Shown: piece after piece, positions 16,186 to 26,422 of the stretch
How positions within the stretch are numbered: the first letter of the stretch is position 1
Layout of the letters: every line of letters begins with the position of its first letter
Assembly (NCBI GenBank): GCA_963787125.1
Contig: CAWBBV010000021.1
Span: 1-37,134 of the forward strand
Source of the DNA: an uncultured delta proteobacterium
GTDB lineage: Bacteria > Desulfobacterota > Desulfuromonadia > Geobacterales > DSM-12255
Length of the DNA stretch: 37,134 nucleotides
Reading direction: 5' to 3'
Position numbers and translations under genes: made by a program
Notes under the pieces: generated by a model
What the model saw: the letters and a program-made list of their open reading frames with translations, nothing else
The model's database searches: none
Told to the model about the DNA's origin: nothing

Positions 16186-18339
16186 ATGAAGAAGAGTGAC
16201 CTGAAGCGAAATAAAGAGCGCAAGTCTGTGCGGAGTCATAAGTCTGTTTCAGGAAATCTAGCCGTGCACCGTGATGGTTATGGTTTTGTCTCACCCGATG
16301 CTGGCGGTGACGATGTCTTTATCCCCGCCCGTTATCTAAGGGAAAATCTTCATGGCGACAAGGTAGACGTTGAGGTCCAGCAGAATAACCGGCTTGGTAA
16401 AAGTGAAGGGCGAATCAGTAAAACATTAGAGCGCGGCGTCAAGCGGATCACCGGTATTTTCTCGATCAGCCGGAGTGGGGCCAGCCTTAAACCTTACGAA
16501 GAGCGGTTACCAGTCTGTTTTGTCCCGTCAGGGTCATTCGGTGGAGCGGTTCAAGGTGAGGTTGTTGTTGCTGAAATTGTTTCATATCCAAAGGACCGGC
16601 AGGCTCCTTTTGTCAGGGTTGTCGAGATACTTGGTAAGCCTGATGACCCCGAAGTGGAAATTTTGACAGTCATCAACAAGTACGAACTTCCATATACTTT
16701 TTCTCCTCAAGTCTTGAAGTTTGCCAAAAGTATCCCTGAAAAACCTTCTGCTGATGATATGCAGGGACGAACTGATCTTCGCACTATTACCACAATTACC
16801 ATTGATGGCGAGACCGCAAAAGATTTTGATGACGCAGTCTCAATCCGCAAAGAAGGGGAGAATTTCAGACTTTGGGTATCAATAGCTGATGTCTCTCACT
16901 ATGTTATGCCTGGGGCTTTGATCGATAAAGAGGCTTATTTGCGAGGGACTTCGGTTTACTTCCCTGATCGTTGTATCCCCATGCTTCCTGAGGAGCTCTC
17001 TAACGGCATCTGCTCGCTAAACCCTAATGTCGACCGCCTCACCCTGACGGCGGAGATGCTTTTCTCAAAAGATGGGGAGATGCTCGCATCATCATTTTAT
17101 CCAAGCATTATAAAGAGTGCTGCCAGGCTTACGTACACGATAGTGAGCCGAATTGTAGAACATGATGACGCTGTCGTCAGGGCCGAATATTCCTGGCTTA
17201 CAGCCGATCTTGCCATCATGCAGGAGCTTGCATCGGTTCTCGCCGTGATGCGCAGAGAGCGGGGCAGTATAGATTTTGATCTTCCTGAAGCCGAGATTAT
17301 CCTTGACGCTGGCGGGTCAACCGAAGCGATTGTTAGGGCGGAGCGAAACCAGGCCCACAAAATCATTGAATCTTTCATGCTGGCAGCTAACGAGGCCGTT
17401 GCGACCTATTTAACAGATCATGATATACCGCTTTTGTACCGGATTCATGAGCAACCTGACCAGGAGAAGCTCGCAGGTTTTTCTGAGTTTCTGACACCTT
17501 TGGGCTATGAGCTATCCGTAGAGGAGAGAAGCATCAAGCCGCGCGACATCCAGAGTCTGCTTGCAAAAGCGGCAGGCAAACCTGAAGAGCGACTGGTCAA
17601 CAGAATGCTGCTGCGGAGTATGAAGCAGGCCCGTTACTCAGACCAGAATTTCGGTCACTTTGGTCTGGCCGCGCCCTGTTATACCCACTTTACCTCACCG
17701 ATAAGGCGTTACCCTGATCTGGTAGTACATAGAATCCTTAAGTGGCTCATTGCACAACAGGCTGAAACAGCGCTGCGCGGTAAGCTTAAAGGTAGCCCTT
17801 TCCCCGGATTTCCTGCCCTTTTGGCTGATTTTGGTGAGCATACCAGCAAGCGCGAGCGGGTTGCCATGGAAGCTGAGCGAGATATTATCGAGCTTAAAAA
17901 AGTTCAATTCATGGTCAGCAGGGTGGGGGAGGAATTTGACGGTTTTATTACCGGAGTATCGGCATTTGGATTCTTTGTTGAACTTGATGAACTCTTTGTC
18001 GAAGGGCTTGTTCACATCTCGACGCTGCAACGTGATAACTATGTTTTTAGCGATTCGACGCAAACACTTGCTTGTCAGGGGGGAGTCAGTTTCAGAATTG
18101 GCGATCATGTCCGGATAGTGGTGGCATCTGCCAGTCCGGAACGGCGGCAGATAGAGTTCGTGTTGGCCGGAATGGTGGCAGTGGGTGCTGTAAAATCTGA
18201 TGAATATCGCCGTGTACCTGTCAAAGGGAAAAAACCGCAAGGGTGGAAGGGCGGTGGAAAAAGTGACAAGCTCACCGGTGACGGTGGAAAGTCTCCACGG
18301 CGGGATGGTGGAGGCAAGGGTGGGCGGAGAGGTCGCTAG
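16186..18339 (+). CDS. rnr: Ribonuclease R
   Basis: Cold-shock domains, TIDGETAKDFDDA, HFTSPIRRYPD, S1 domain, basic Gly/Lys/Arg tail. Confidence 0.95.
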   Translation: MKKSDLKRNKERKSVRSHKSVSGNLAVHRDGYGFVSPDAGGDDVFIPARYLRENLHGDKVDVEVQQNNRLGKSEGRISKTLERGVKRITGIFSISRSGASLKPYEERLPVCFVPSGSFGGAVQGEVVVAEIVSYPKDRQAPFVRVVEILGKPDDPEVEILTVINKYELPYTFSPQVLKFAKSIPEKPSADDMQGRTDLRTITTITIDGETAKDFDDAVSIRKEGENFRLWVSIADVSHYVMPGALIDKEAYLRGTSVYFPDRCIPMLPEELSNGICSLNPNVDRLTLTAEMLFSKDGEMLASSFYPSIIKSAARLTYTIVSRIVEHDDAVVRAEYSWLTADLAIMQELASVLAVMRRERGSIDFDLPEAEIILDAGGSTEAIVRAERNQAHKIIESFMLAANEAVATYLTDHDIPLLYRIHEQPDQEKLAGFSEFLTPLGYELSVEERSIKPRDIQSLLAKAAGKPEERLVNRMLLRSMKQARYSDQNFGHFGLAAPCYTHFTSPIRRYPDLVVHRILKWLIAQQAETALRGKLKGSPFPGFPALLADFGEHTSKRERVAMEAERDIIELKKVQFMVSRVGEEFDGFITGVSAFGFFVELDELFVEGLVHISTLQRDNYVFSDSTQTLACQGGVSFRIGDHVRIVVASASPERRQIEFVLAGMVAVGAVKSDEYRRVPVKGKKPQGWKGGGKSDKLTGDGGKSPRRDGGGKGGRRGR

Positions 18340-18505
18340 GTCTTTTATCATGCTACTGCCAACTCAGTCTATCATGCCTGATCAGTTGGCGCAGAAAAGA
18401 GTCAGCTCTTGTTCTACAGGGCTAGAGCCATCAAGATTTAAAAAAACCCTTGCATTTTTACGATTCTCAATGTAAATAGAAGGTTACAAGTTAATGTTCA
18501 CTACT

Positions 18506-18537
18506 AAAAAGTGAGCTCTTCCAGGCTCGCTTTTTTT
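18506..18537 (+). terminator. rimP-leader terminator-like hairpin
   Basis: AAAAAGTGAGCT-cttcca-GGCTCGCTTTTTTT just upstream of the rimP start; a hairpin here is typical of rimP-nusA operons. Confidence 0.65.
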
Positions 18538-18550
18538 ATTGGTAATCGCT

Positions 18551-19030
18551 ATGGCAAAAGGTGATGTTGTTGATCAGATAAGAGAAGTTGCCATGCCGAT
18601 CCTTGAGTCAATGGGGATCGAGCTGGTTGAACTGGAATTTCGTAAAGAAGGGCCGGGAATGATTGTCCGTCTGTTTATTGACAAGCCCGGCGGCATTATG
18701 CTTGATGACTGTTCTGCTGTCAGTCGCGAGCTTTCCGAACTTCTGGATGTGGAAGAAATTGTCCCATGCGAATACAATCTTGAGGTCTCTTCCCCCGGGC
18801 TGAACCGCCCTCTAACAAAACCTGCTGATTATGAGCGCTATGCCGGTAAGCTGGTTAAAATCCGTACCTACGAAATGGTGGCTGACGATGCAGGCAATCG
18901 CCGGAAAACTTTTCTCGGCGAGTTGATAGGTCTAAAAGACGATCTGCTCAGTATCCGTCTTAAAGAGGGACAGTTTGCGTCGATCCCATTCGATAAGGTT
19001 GCAAAAGCAAATCTTGAATTTGAATTCTGA
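18551..19030 (+). CDS. rimP: Ribosome maturation factor RimP
   Basis: RLFIDKPGG, YNLEVSSPGLNRPL; first gene of the nusA operon. Confidence 0.95.
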   Translation: MAKGDVVDQIREVAMPILESMGIELVELEFRKEGPGMIVRLFIDKPGGIMLDDCSAVSRELSELLDVEEIVPCEYNLEVSSPGLNRPLTKPADYERYAGKLVKIRTYEMVADDAGNRRKTFLGELIGLKDDLLSIRLKEGQFASIPFDKVAKANLEFEF

Positions 19031-19063
19031 TTCTGAATATAGATAAAAAACAGGAGATACCAA

Positions 19064-20233
19064 GTGGATACAACCCTTAGCCTCAAGCATATCATAGACC
19101 AGATCGTCAAGGAAAAGAGCATTGACAAGGCGATTGTAATCGAGGCTCTTGAGCAGGCGGTTCTTACTGCAGCCAATAAGAAATTTCGCAATACCAGGGA
19201 GCTTGAAGCTCATTTCAATACTGATATCTGTGAGGTAGAGCTTTTCGAGTTTGTCGAGGTTGTTGAGGATGTTGAGGACTCTTACAAGCAGATAACACTT
19301 GAAGAGGCTCAAGAGCAGGATCCTGAAGTTGAAATAGGTGATGTTATTGGAATGAAGCTCCCGTCGAGCGAGTTTTCCCGGATAGCTGCGCAGACTGCAA
19401 AACAGGTTATTATTCAGCGTGTCCGTGAAGCGGAACGCGAGACTATCTATAATGAGTTCAAGGATCGTGTCGGGGAACTCCTCAACGGTCTTGTACGGCG
19501 TTTTGAAAAGGGTGATCTTGTCATAGACCTTGGCCGAGTCGAGGCTGTGCTGCATCACAAGGAACTTGCTCCACGCGAGGTATACCGTCAGGGTGACAGG
19601 ATCAAGGCGCTAATAACTGACATCAGAATGACCACAAAAGGCCCACAAATTCTTCTTTCGAGAACTGCGCCGGCAATGCTGGCCAAACTCTTCGAAGCTG
19701 AAGTCCCAGAAGTCGCCGAAGGTATCGTGGAGATAATAAACGTTGTTCGCGAGCCTGGAAGTCGTGCGAAAATAGCCGTCTACTCCCATGACTCAGATGT
19801 TGATCCTGTAGGTGCTTGTGTCGGTATGCGTGGCAGTCGGGTACAGAATGTCGTTTCCGAACTCCGTGGTGAGAAGATTGATATTATCCCCTGGTCTGAG
19901 GACATTGCCCGCTTTGCCTGTAACGCGCTCTCTCCGGCAACTGTTTCAAAGGTGTTTATCGAAGACGAAAGTCGTGCTATGGAAATTATCGTGCCTGATG
20001 ATCAGCTCTCACTGGCCATCGGCAAGCGCGGTCAGAATGTGCGTCTTGCAGCCAAGCTGACCGGCTGGAGAATTGATATAAAGAGTGAGACCCGTCAGGC
20101 TGAGGCCGAGCTGCTTCAATACTCTTCATTTGATGGTGCCGCTGATGAGGAGAAAGAAGAGGTTTCAGCAGATGATCAGTCAGTAGCCGTATCGCTTGAG
20201 ACTGCCCTGCCGGTCGAACCGCAGGATATCTAG
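19064..20233 (+). CDS. nusA: Transcription termination/antitermination factor NusA
   Basis: [51 protein letters not shown] start after AGGAG. Confidence 0.97.
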   Translation: MDTTLSLKHIIDQIVKEKSIDKAIVIEALEQAVLTAANKKFRNTRELEAHFNTDICEVELFEFVEVVEDVEDSYKQITLEEAQEQDPEVEIGDVIGMKLPSSEFSRIAAQTAKQVIIQRVREAERETIYNEFKDRVGELLNGLVRRFEKGDLVIDLGRVEAVLHHKELAPREVYRQGDRIKALITDIRMTTKGPQILLSRTAPAMLAKLFEAEVPEVAEGIVEIINVVREPGSRAKIAVYSHDSDVDPVGACVGMRGSRVQNVVSELRGEKIDIIPWSEDIARFACNALSPATVSKVFIEDESRAMEIIVPDDQLSLAIGKRGQNVRLAAKLTGWRIDIKSETRQAEAELLQYSSFDGAADEEKEEVSADDQSVAVSLETALPVEPQDI

Positions 20234-20236
20234 CAG

Positions 20237-20830
20237 GTGACAAAAGCGGACCCACTCAGAAGCTGTCTTGGCTGCCGAGAGGTAAAGTCTAAGGATGAAC
20301 TGCTTCGTTTCGTCATTGATACCGCAGGGGAGATTTTCCCTGATATCTCCAGAAAACTTCCAGGGCGCGGTGCTTATACCTGCTTTGACAGAAACTGTTT
20401 TGAAGCCGCTATAAAGAGGAAGCAGTTTAGCAGGACATTTAAAACTGAAGTTAAAATGGAGTCAGCAGCGAATCTGGCTGCGCGTATTACAAGGCTTCAG
20501 GAAGATAAGATCAACTCTTTGATTGCTCTGGCCAACAAGGCTGGCAGGGCTGTGTCAGGGAGTGAAAAAGTTTTGGATGCGCTCAAGAAAGGGGAAGCGG
20601 CAGTGCTTATTATAGCTGCAGATACCTCTAGCGAGAGCAGAGCAAAGTTTCTAGCAATTGCAGAAAAGGCAGGCGTTGAAGCATTCCGGTTTTCAATGAA
20701 AGACCTGCTTGGAGCTTCACTCGGCAAGGAGATTCGGACTGCAGTGGCAGTTCAAAGCGGCTCTTTTGCCGATACTCTGTTGTTAGAGTTGAAAAGATAC
20801 TGGAACTTCTTTGAGGGAGGGGCGAAATAG
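20237..20830 (+). CDS. YlxR (DUF448)-L7Ae/YlxQ fusion protein
   Basis: [10 protein letters not shown]...LLRFV...GRGAYTC (YlxR), then [11 protein letters not shown]...IIAAD...LGASLGK (L7Ae). Confidence 0.88.
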   Translation: MTKADPLRSCLGCREVKSKDELLRFVIDTAGEIFPDISRKLPGRGAYTCFDRNCFEAAIKRKQFSRTFKTEVKMESAANLAARITRLQEDKINSLIALANKAGRAVSGSEKVLDALKKGEAAVLIIAADTSSESRAKFLAIAEKAGVEAFRFSMKDLLGASLGKEIRTAVAVQSGSFADTLLLELKRYWNFFEGGAK

Positions 20831-20831
20831 A

Positions 20832-23582
20832 ATGAGCAAGATTCGTGTACATGAGCTTGCGCAGAAAATGGGAATTGAGAATAAAGAGCTTATCGCTAAA
20901 CTTAAAACGATCGGCGTGGAGATCAGTAACCATATGGCTGCCATAGATGAAGATGTAGCAAAAAAGCTCCAGGCTCCTGCAACTGTTACTATGACAGTCA
21001 AGGATGTCTCCCAGGAAGAGACCAGGGTCACCTCAACTGTTATCAGACGCCGTGCCAAGGTTGTTGAAAAGCAGGTAGAAGTTGCTGCTGAAGAGCCACC
21101 CCGGCCTGAGGTAAAGGTAGAACCGGTTGTGATTGCTCCTGAAAAACCCCTGGAGACTACTTCGGAAGTTTTGTCTAAACCCAAAGAGAGCCCTGTCTCT
21201 GAGAAGCAAGATGAAAAAACCGTGCCGCAAAAAGTAGTAGTTGTTGCACCGGAACCACAAAGACCGACTGCAAACCGTGCCGTTATTCTCGGCCGAGTTG
21301 AACTGCCACCACCACCAAAACCTCAGGAACGTTCAACAGAGAGACCAGCTGGTCGCCCTGCAGACCGCCCTGCAGACCGTCCGGTTCAACGTCGTGAAGT
21401 AATTCCTCAGCAAGGACGCAGCGACCGGCCTGGTCAGAACCGTGAGCGCACAACGGCTGGTGGTCCACCGACCCCGGGTAGGGATAGAAACACACCTGTT
21501 CAGCGACCCGGCCAATCTGCCGGACGTCCTGATCAGCAGTTTGCCAAACCGGCAACACCACCGCCAGCACAGGCTCCTCTCGGTGCTGATGATCGTAAAG
21601 GTGTTCGTAAGGGCCCTCCAAAAGGGGCGGCAACCGGTGATGCTCAGCGTGCAGCTAAAAAGGGCGCCGCAGTTCCGGACAAGCGTAAAGAACTGCTTCT
21701 CAGAGATGAGATTGCGGAAAAACGTGAGCGTGTCTTTGAACCGGGTAAAAGTGGTAAAGGCAAAAGAAGGCAGGCCAAGATTGAACGAGTTGCCGGCGGC
21801 AAAAAGACTGAAATTACTACTCCAAAGGCAATCAAACGTATCATTAAGATAAGCGAGACGATCACTGTTGGTGAACTCGCCAAGCGTATGGGTATCAAGG
21901 CTAACGACTTAATACGCGCGCTTATGAAGATGGGTTTGATGGCAACGATCAATCATCCCCTTGACGTCGATACAGCGATACTCCTTTCCAATGAATTTGG
22001 ATATGAGATTGAAAATGTCGCTGTTGATCTCGATGAAATTCTTGAATCAGAACCAGATACACCTGAGTCACTTGAAACCCGTCCACCTGTAGTAACAATA
22101 ATGGGTCACGTTGACCACGGCAAGACCTCTCTCCTTGATGCTATTCGTGAGGCAAATGTCATTGCCGGTGAAGCTGGCGGGATTACACAGCATATCGGCG
22201 CATATGATGTCGAGCTGAACGGCCGGAAGATTACTTTTCTTGATACTCCCGGTCACGAAGCGTTCACTGCAATGCGTGCTCGTGGAGCAAAAGTCACTGA
22301 CATTGTTATCCTTGTAGTCGCAGCAGACGATGGTGTCATGCCGCAGACAAAAGAGGCGATCAATCACTCCAAGGCTGCTGGTGTGCCTATAATCGTTGCT
22401 ATCAACAAGATAGACAAGCCTGACTCTAATGCTGAGCGTGTTAAACGTGAATTGTCTGAGCAGGGTCTCGTTTCGGAGGAGTGGGGCGGCGACACAACAA
22501 TGGTCGAAGTCTCAGCCAAAAAGCGGCTTAATCTTGAAGGTCTTCTGGAGATGATTCTTCTTCAGGCAGATCTCATGGATCTCAAAGCCAACCCGAACAA
22601 GGCGGCCAAGGGAACAGTTGTTGAAGGCAAGCTTGATAAGGGAAGGGGGCCTGTTGCCACCGTACTAGTTCAGGATGGCACTCTTAAAACCGGTGACTAC
22701 TGTGTCGTTGGTATTCACTCCGGTCGTGTCAGGGCGATGCAGAATGATCGTGGCGAGAAAGTTCTTGAAGCTGGCCCATCAATGCCGGTTGAGCTTGTTG
22801 GTCTGTCTGGTGTTCCTGATGCCGGCGATGTTTTTGTTGCCATGAAGGATGAGCGTCAGGCAAAAGAAATTGCAACATTACGTCAAATCAAGCAGCGTGG
22901 ACTGGAACTTGCCAAGCATACAAAGCTTTCTCTTGAGGAGCTTTACACCAAGATTCAGGCAGGTGAAGTCAAAGATCTTAATGTTATCGTCAAGGGTGAT
23001 GTCCAGGGCTCAGTCGAAGCGGTTGGTGAATCACTGCGCAAGCTTTCAACTGCCGCTGTCCGCCTGAACGTAATGCATTCTGCCGTCGGGGCAGTAAACG
23101 AAACAGACGTGAATCTCGCCTCTGCTTCTAATGCCATCATCATCGGCTTCAATGTCCGTCCTGAAGTCAAGGCTCAAGCCCTTGCAGAGAAGGAAGGGGT
23201 CGATATCCGCCTCTACAGCATTATTTATAATGCTGTAGATGATGTTAGAAAAGCTATGGAAGGTCTTCTCTCGCCGATCTTTAAAGAGAAGTATCTCGGC
23301 AGGGCTGAGGTTAGAGAAGTTTTCTCCGTACCTAAAATCGGTAATGTTGCCGGCTGTTATGTACAGGATGGTAAAGTTGTCAGAAATGCGCAAGTACGGC
23401 TGCTTCGCGACAATATTGTGATTTATGAAGGTAAAATGTCCAGCCTGCGCAGATTCAAGGATGATGTCAAGGACGCTGCCTCTGGTTACGAATGCGGTAT
23501 CGGTCTTGAAAATTATCATGACATCAAGCAGGGTGATATCATTGAAGCTTTCGAAATGGAAAAGATTGCTGCCACTCTTTAA
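20832..23582 (+). CDS. infB: Translation initiation factor IF-2
   Basis: [35 protein letters not shown]. Confidence 0.98.
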   Translation: MSKIRVHELAQKMGIENKELIAKLKTIGVEISNHMAAIDEDVAKKLQAPATVTMTVKDVSQEETRVTSTVIRRRAKVVEKQVEVAAEEPPRPEVKVEPVVIAPEKPLETTSEVLSKPKESPVSEKQDEKTVPQKVVVVAPEPQRPTANRAVILGRVELPPPPKPQERSTERPAGRPADRPADRPVQRREVIPQQGRSDRPGQNRERTTAGGPPTPGRDRNTPVQRPGQSAGRPDQQFAKPATPPPAQAPLGADDRKGVRKGPPKGAATGDAQRAAKKGAAVPDKRKELLLRDEIAEKRERVFEPGKSGKGKRRQAKIERVAGGKKTEITTPKAIKRIIKISETITVGELAKRMGIKANDLIRALMKMGLMATINHPLDVDTAILLSNEFGYEIENVAVDLDEILESEPDTPESLETRPPVVTIMGHVDHGKTSLLDAIREANVIAGEAGGITQHIGAYDVELNGRKITFLDTPGHEAFTAMRARGAKVTDIVILVVAADDGVMPQTKEAINHSKAAGVPIIVAINKIDKPDSNAERVKRELSEQGLVSEEWGGDTTMVEVSAKKRLNLEGLLEMILLQADLMDLKANPNKAAKGTVVEGKLDKGRGPVATVLVQDGTLKTGDYCVVGIHSGRVRAMQNDRGEKVLEAGPSMPVELVGLSGVPDAGDVFVAMKDERQAKEIATLRQIKQRGLELAKHTKLSLEELYTKIQAGEVKDLNVIVKGDVQGSVEAVGESLRKLSTAAVRLNVMHSAVGAVNETDVNLASASNAIIIGFNVRPEVKAQALAEKEGVDIRLYSIIYNAVDDVRKAMEGLLSPIFKEKYLGRAEVREVFSVPKIGNVAGCYVQDGKVVRNAQVRLLRDNIVIYEGKMSSLRRFKDDVKDAASGYECGIGLENYHDIKQGDIIEAFEMEKIAATL

Positions 23583-23588
23583 AGGCAG

Positions 23589-23680
23589 GCAAAGATAGAA
23601 GCAGAAGTAGAGACAGGATAAGGTAGAGGTTAAGGTGGAGAATTTCCTGCCTAAATCTTTACCTTTACCTTTACCTTTAC
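23589..23680. repeat. Intergenic hexamer repeats forming an imperfect hairpin
   Basis: GTAAAG-like hexamers (gataag gtagag gttaag gtggag) are complementary to (CTTTAC)x4 at 23657-23680. Confidence 0.7.
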
Positions 23681-23693
23681 TAGGGGTTTATTT

Positions 23694-24062
23694 ATGTACA
23701 AACGTTCTGAAAAAGTTTCTGAAGCCATACATGAGGAGATTTCAAGACTTCTTATAAACGGTGTTAAGGATCCCAGGGTCGAATTGGTTACAATTACCGG
23801 AGTTAAACTGACTGATGATCTACGTCACGCGACCGTCTATTTTTCAACTAGAGGTGCAGATGCAGGACGCAAAGATGCCGAAACAGGGTTAAATAGCGCC
23901 AAAGGGTTTCTTCGCCGTGAAGTCGGGAAGATGCTGCGGATGCGTTATGTGCCAGAAATCATCTTCAGGTATGACGAATCTGTTGCTTACGGAAGCCATA
24001 TTGAAAATATTTTGAAACAGATTCACGAAACGGAAGAGGATAATGCTGAAAAAGATAAATGA
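23694..24062 (+). CDS. rbfA: Ribosome-binding factor A
   Basis: VKDPRV, DLRHATVY, LRMRYVPEIIFRYD. Confidence 0.95.
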   Translation: MYKRSEKVSEAIHEEISRLLINGVKDPRVELVTITGVKLTDDLRHATVYFSTRGADAGRKDAETGLNSAKGFLRREVGKMLRMRYVPEIIFRYDESVAYGSHIENILKQIHETEEDNAEKDK

Positions 24063-24996
24063 CCTAATTGCTGCACACAGCTCATTTCTTATAACTACCC
24101 ATGAAAGCCCTGACGGCGATGCAATCGGTTCATCACTCGCTCTTGCCAACTACCTTGTCGAACTTGGCAAAGACGTTACGATCCATACCTGTGACTGCGT
24201 CCCGGAAATCTATCAATTCTTGCCAATGGCTGATGCCATCACCACTTCTCTTCCTGATCGCGATTATGATGTCTGTTTCGTACTTGATGTTGGCGAATTT
24301 CGCCGCGCAGGTAAACAGATTGGTAATTGCAGCAGAATTGGCTCCTTTATCAATATCGACCATCACAAGACTAGTGAGCAATTCGGCACCGTAAACTTTA
24401 TCGACACTCAAGCAGCTGCAACAGGAGTTTTGATCCACCGCCTGATAAAGAATGCCGGCGGATCAATCTCACTTGCAACGGCACACTGTATTTACGTTGC
24501 GCTGATAACCGATACCGGTTCCTTCCGCTACTCTAACGCGAATACTGAGGCTTTTTCCGTTGCCGGCGAAATGATTTCAAAAGGCGTCAATGCCTGGGAT
24601 ATATCATCTCGTCTTTATGAAAGTCAGCCCCGGTCAAGAATAGAGCTACTCTCACTCGCCCTTTCCACCCTGGCATTTTCCCCTTGCGGAAGATTTGCTT
24701 CGCTTGCGGTTACACTTGACATGTATGCTAAAACCGGAACTGACGCCGAACTGACGGACGGTTTTGTGAATTACCCTCGATCTGTCAAGGGGGTTGAAGT
24801 GGCAATTTTCTTCCGCCAACTTTCCGAAGATTCCTATAAAGTCGGGTTCCGCTCAAAGGGAGTCGTTGATGTTTCCGGACTTGCTGAAGGCTTTGGCGGT
24901 GGTGGCCATCGTAATGCTGCCGGTTGTGTTGTTGATGGCTGTCTAGCTGAAGTTCGAGAAAAGGTATATTCCCATATCGAGGCAGTTCTTAAGTGA
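24043..24996 (+). CDS. nrnA: DHH/DHHA1 phosphoesterase (NrnA-like oligoribonuclease/pAp phosphatase)
   Basis: THESPDGDAIGS, NIDHH, TDTGSF, GGGGHRNAAG. Confidence 0.9.
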   Translation: MLKKINDLIAAHSSFLITTHESPDGDAIGSSLALANYLVELGKDVTIHTCDCVPEIYQFLPMADAITTSLPDRDYDVCFVLDVGEFRRAGKQIGNCSRIGSFINIDHHKTSEQFGTVNFIDTQAAATGVLIHRLIKNAGGSISLATAHCIYVALITDTGSFRYSNANTEAFSVAGEMISKGVNAWDISSRLYESQPRSRIELLSLALSTLAFSPCGRFASLAVTLDMYAKTGTDAELTDGFVNYPRSVKGVEVAIFFRQLSEDSYKVGFRSKGVVDVSGLAEGFGGGGHRNAAGCVVDGCLAEVREKVYSHIEAVLK

Positions 24997-25925
24997 TTAA
25001 CGGTTTCCTTTCAGTTGACAAGCCTTCCGGCATAACATCCCATGACGTGGTTGCAATCCTTCGCCGAACTCTCCATCAGAAAAAGATTGGACACACCGGT
25101 ACCCTTGATCCGTTTGCTACCGGGTTATTACCGATAGCTCTCGGTGAAGGTACTAAAGCCATCCCTTATCTTGATGAGTCAATCAAAGAGTACCAGGCCG
25201 TCATGCGTATCGGAATTTCTACTGATACGCTTGATCTTACCGGTAATGTACTTATTGAAAAAGACTGGTCAGGAATAACTGCTGAAATGATCTTAGGAAT
25301 TATCCCCCGTTTTACCGGTACTATTCTTCAGCTGCCTCCGATGTTCTCTGCTATTAAGCAGGGCGGTGTGCCTCTATACAAGCTTGCCAGGAAGGGTGAA
25401 AGCGTTGAGCGCAAAGAGCGTACCGTCGAAATTCATTCCCTTGTAATTAATCAAATTTTACTTCCTGAAATAACATTTACCGTGCGCTGCTCACGGGGTA
25501 CATATGTACGTACACTTGCAGATGATCTTGGTGAAGCTCTCGGTGTAGGTGCTCACCTTATCGCGCTGCGCAGAACTTTAAGCGGACCATTTTCCTTGGC
25601 AGATTCACTCACGCTTGATGATTTGTCTAAAACTCCTCTTGATAAGCTGTTGAGCAGCCGATTTATCTCAATTAAACGAGCTCTTGCAGGACTTCCCGAA
25701 TTTCACCTGAGTGATGAAGGCGCCAGGCGAGTCAGGAACGGAATCGCTCCTGCATTGAGTGATCTTGAGATCCGTCCGGATCAAATATTTTCTACAGGCA
25801 GAGTAAAGCTGCTTTTTAATGATGAACTTCTCGCATTATGCGACATAACAGCAGCAGGAAATGAACTGCAAAACGCAGCAATAAGGCTTGCTCGGGTATT
25901 TAACCTGCTTTATCCTTTACAGTAA
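24993..25925 (+). CDS. truB: tRNA pseudouridine(55) synthase
   Basis: DKPSGITSHDVV, GHTGTLDPFATG, PPMFSAIK, CSRGTYVRTL. Confidence 0.96.
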   Translation: MINGFLSVDKPSGITSHDVVAILRRTLHQKKIGHTGTLDPFATGLLPIALGEGTKAIPYLDESIKEYQAVMRIGISTDTLDLTGNVLIEKDWSGITAEMILGIIPRFTGTILQLPPMFSAIKQGGVPLYKLARKGESVERKERTVEIHSLVINQILLPEITFTVRCSRGTYVRTLADDLGEALGVGAHLIALRRTLSGPFSLADSLTLDDLSKTPLDKLLSSRFISIKRALAGLPEFHLSDEGARRVRNGIAPALSDLEIRPDQIFSTGRVKLLFNDELLALCDITAAGNELQNAAIRLARVFNLLYPLQ

Positions 25926-26008
25926 TCTGTTAAATATGTTAAAAGAAGAGTCCGGATAATTCCGGTAATTACCCTGGAATATAAAATTCCATGAAAGGAG
26001 GTGTACTG

Positions 26009-26275
26009 ATGTTGGCTACAGAGAAAAAACAGGAGATAATCAACTCCAACAAGCTGCATGAAAGCGATACCGGTTCTCCGGAGGTTCAGATTGCGATTCT
26101 TACCGAGCGTATTACTTATCTGACTGAACACTTCAAGACCCACAAAAAAGATCATCACAGCCGTCGAGGCCTATTGAAGATCGTTGGTCAAAGACGTCGT
26201 CTGCTCGATTATGTCAAAGGCAAAAGCGTAGACCGTTACAAAAGCATTATCGAAAAACTCGGAATACGTAGGTAG
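26009..26275 (+). CDS. rpsO: 30S ribosomal protein S15
   Basis: [31 protein letters not shown] 6 nt before ATG 26009. Confidence 0.98.
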   Translation: MLATEKKQEIINSNKLHESDTGSPEVQIAILTERITYLTEHFKTHKKDHHSRRGLLKIVGQRRRLLDYVKGKSVDRYKSIIEKLGIRR

Positions 26276-26276
26276 T

Positions 26277-26319
26277 AAAAGGCAATATGCCTCATCAGGG
26301 GCATATTGCCTTTTGTTTT
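26277..26319 (+). terminator. rpsO terminator
   Basis: AAAAGGCAATATGCCTC-atca-GGGGCATATTGCCTTTT followed by GTTTT. Confidence 0.8.
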
Positions 26320-26330
26320 CAACCATTTAC

Positions 26331-26394
26331 TGTTGGGGGCGTGGATAGAACGGCTAAAGCATCGACTTTAGCCTTTTTATCGACGGCCCCAACA
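26331..26394 (+). promoter_or_regulatory. pnp 5'-leader long stem-loop (probable RNase III processing site)
   Basis: TGTTGGGG..GATAGAA.GGCTAAAG-catcga-CTTTAGCC.TTTTATC..CCCCAACA; same position as the E. coli pnp autoregulatory stem. Confidence 0.6.
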
Positions 26395-26422
26395 CCTGAT
26401 TTTCAGGTGAGGAGATTAAAGC

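Noticed and set aside
18345..18420. Imperfect hairpin and TATCATGC direct repeat after rnr
   Set aside because: Weak pairing and no U-tract; not distinguishable from chance.
20237..20830. YlxR-L7Ae fusion as a novelty
   Set aside because: These genes are normally adjacent in nusA-infB operons and I recall the fusion being common in this group.
21354..21377. 12-bp tandem repeat CGCCCTGCAGAC in infB
   Set aside because: Encodes RPAD repeats in the normally low-complexity IF-2 N-terminal linker.
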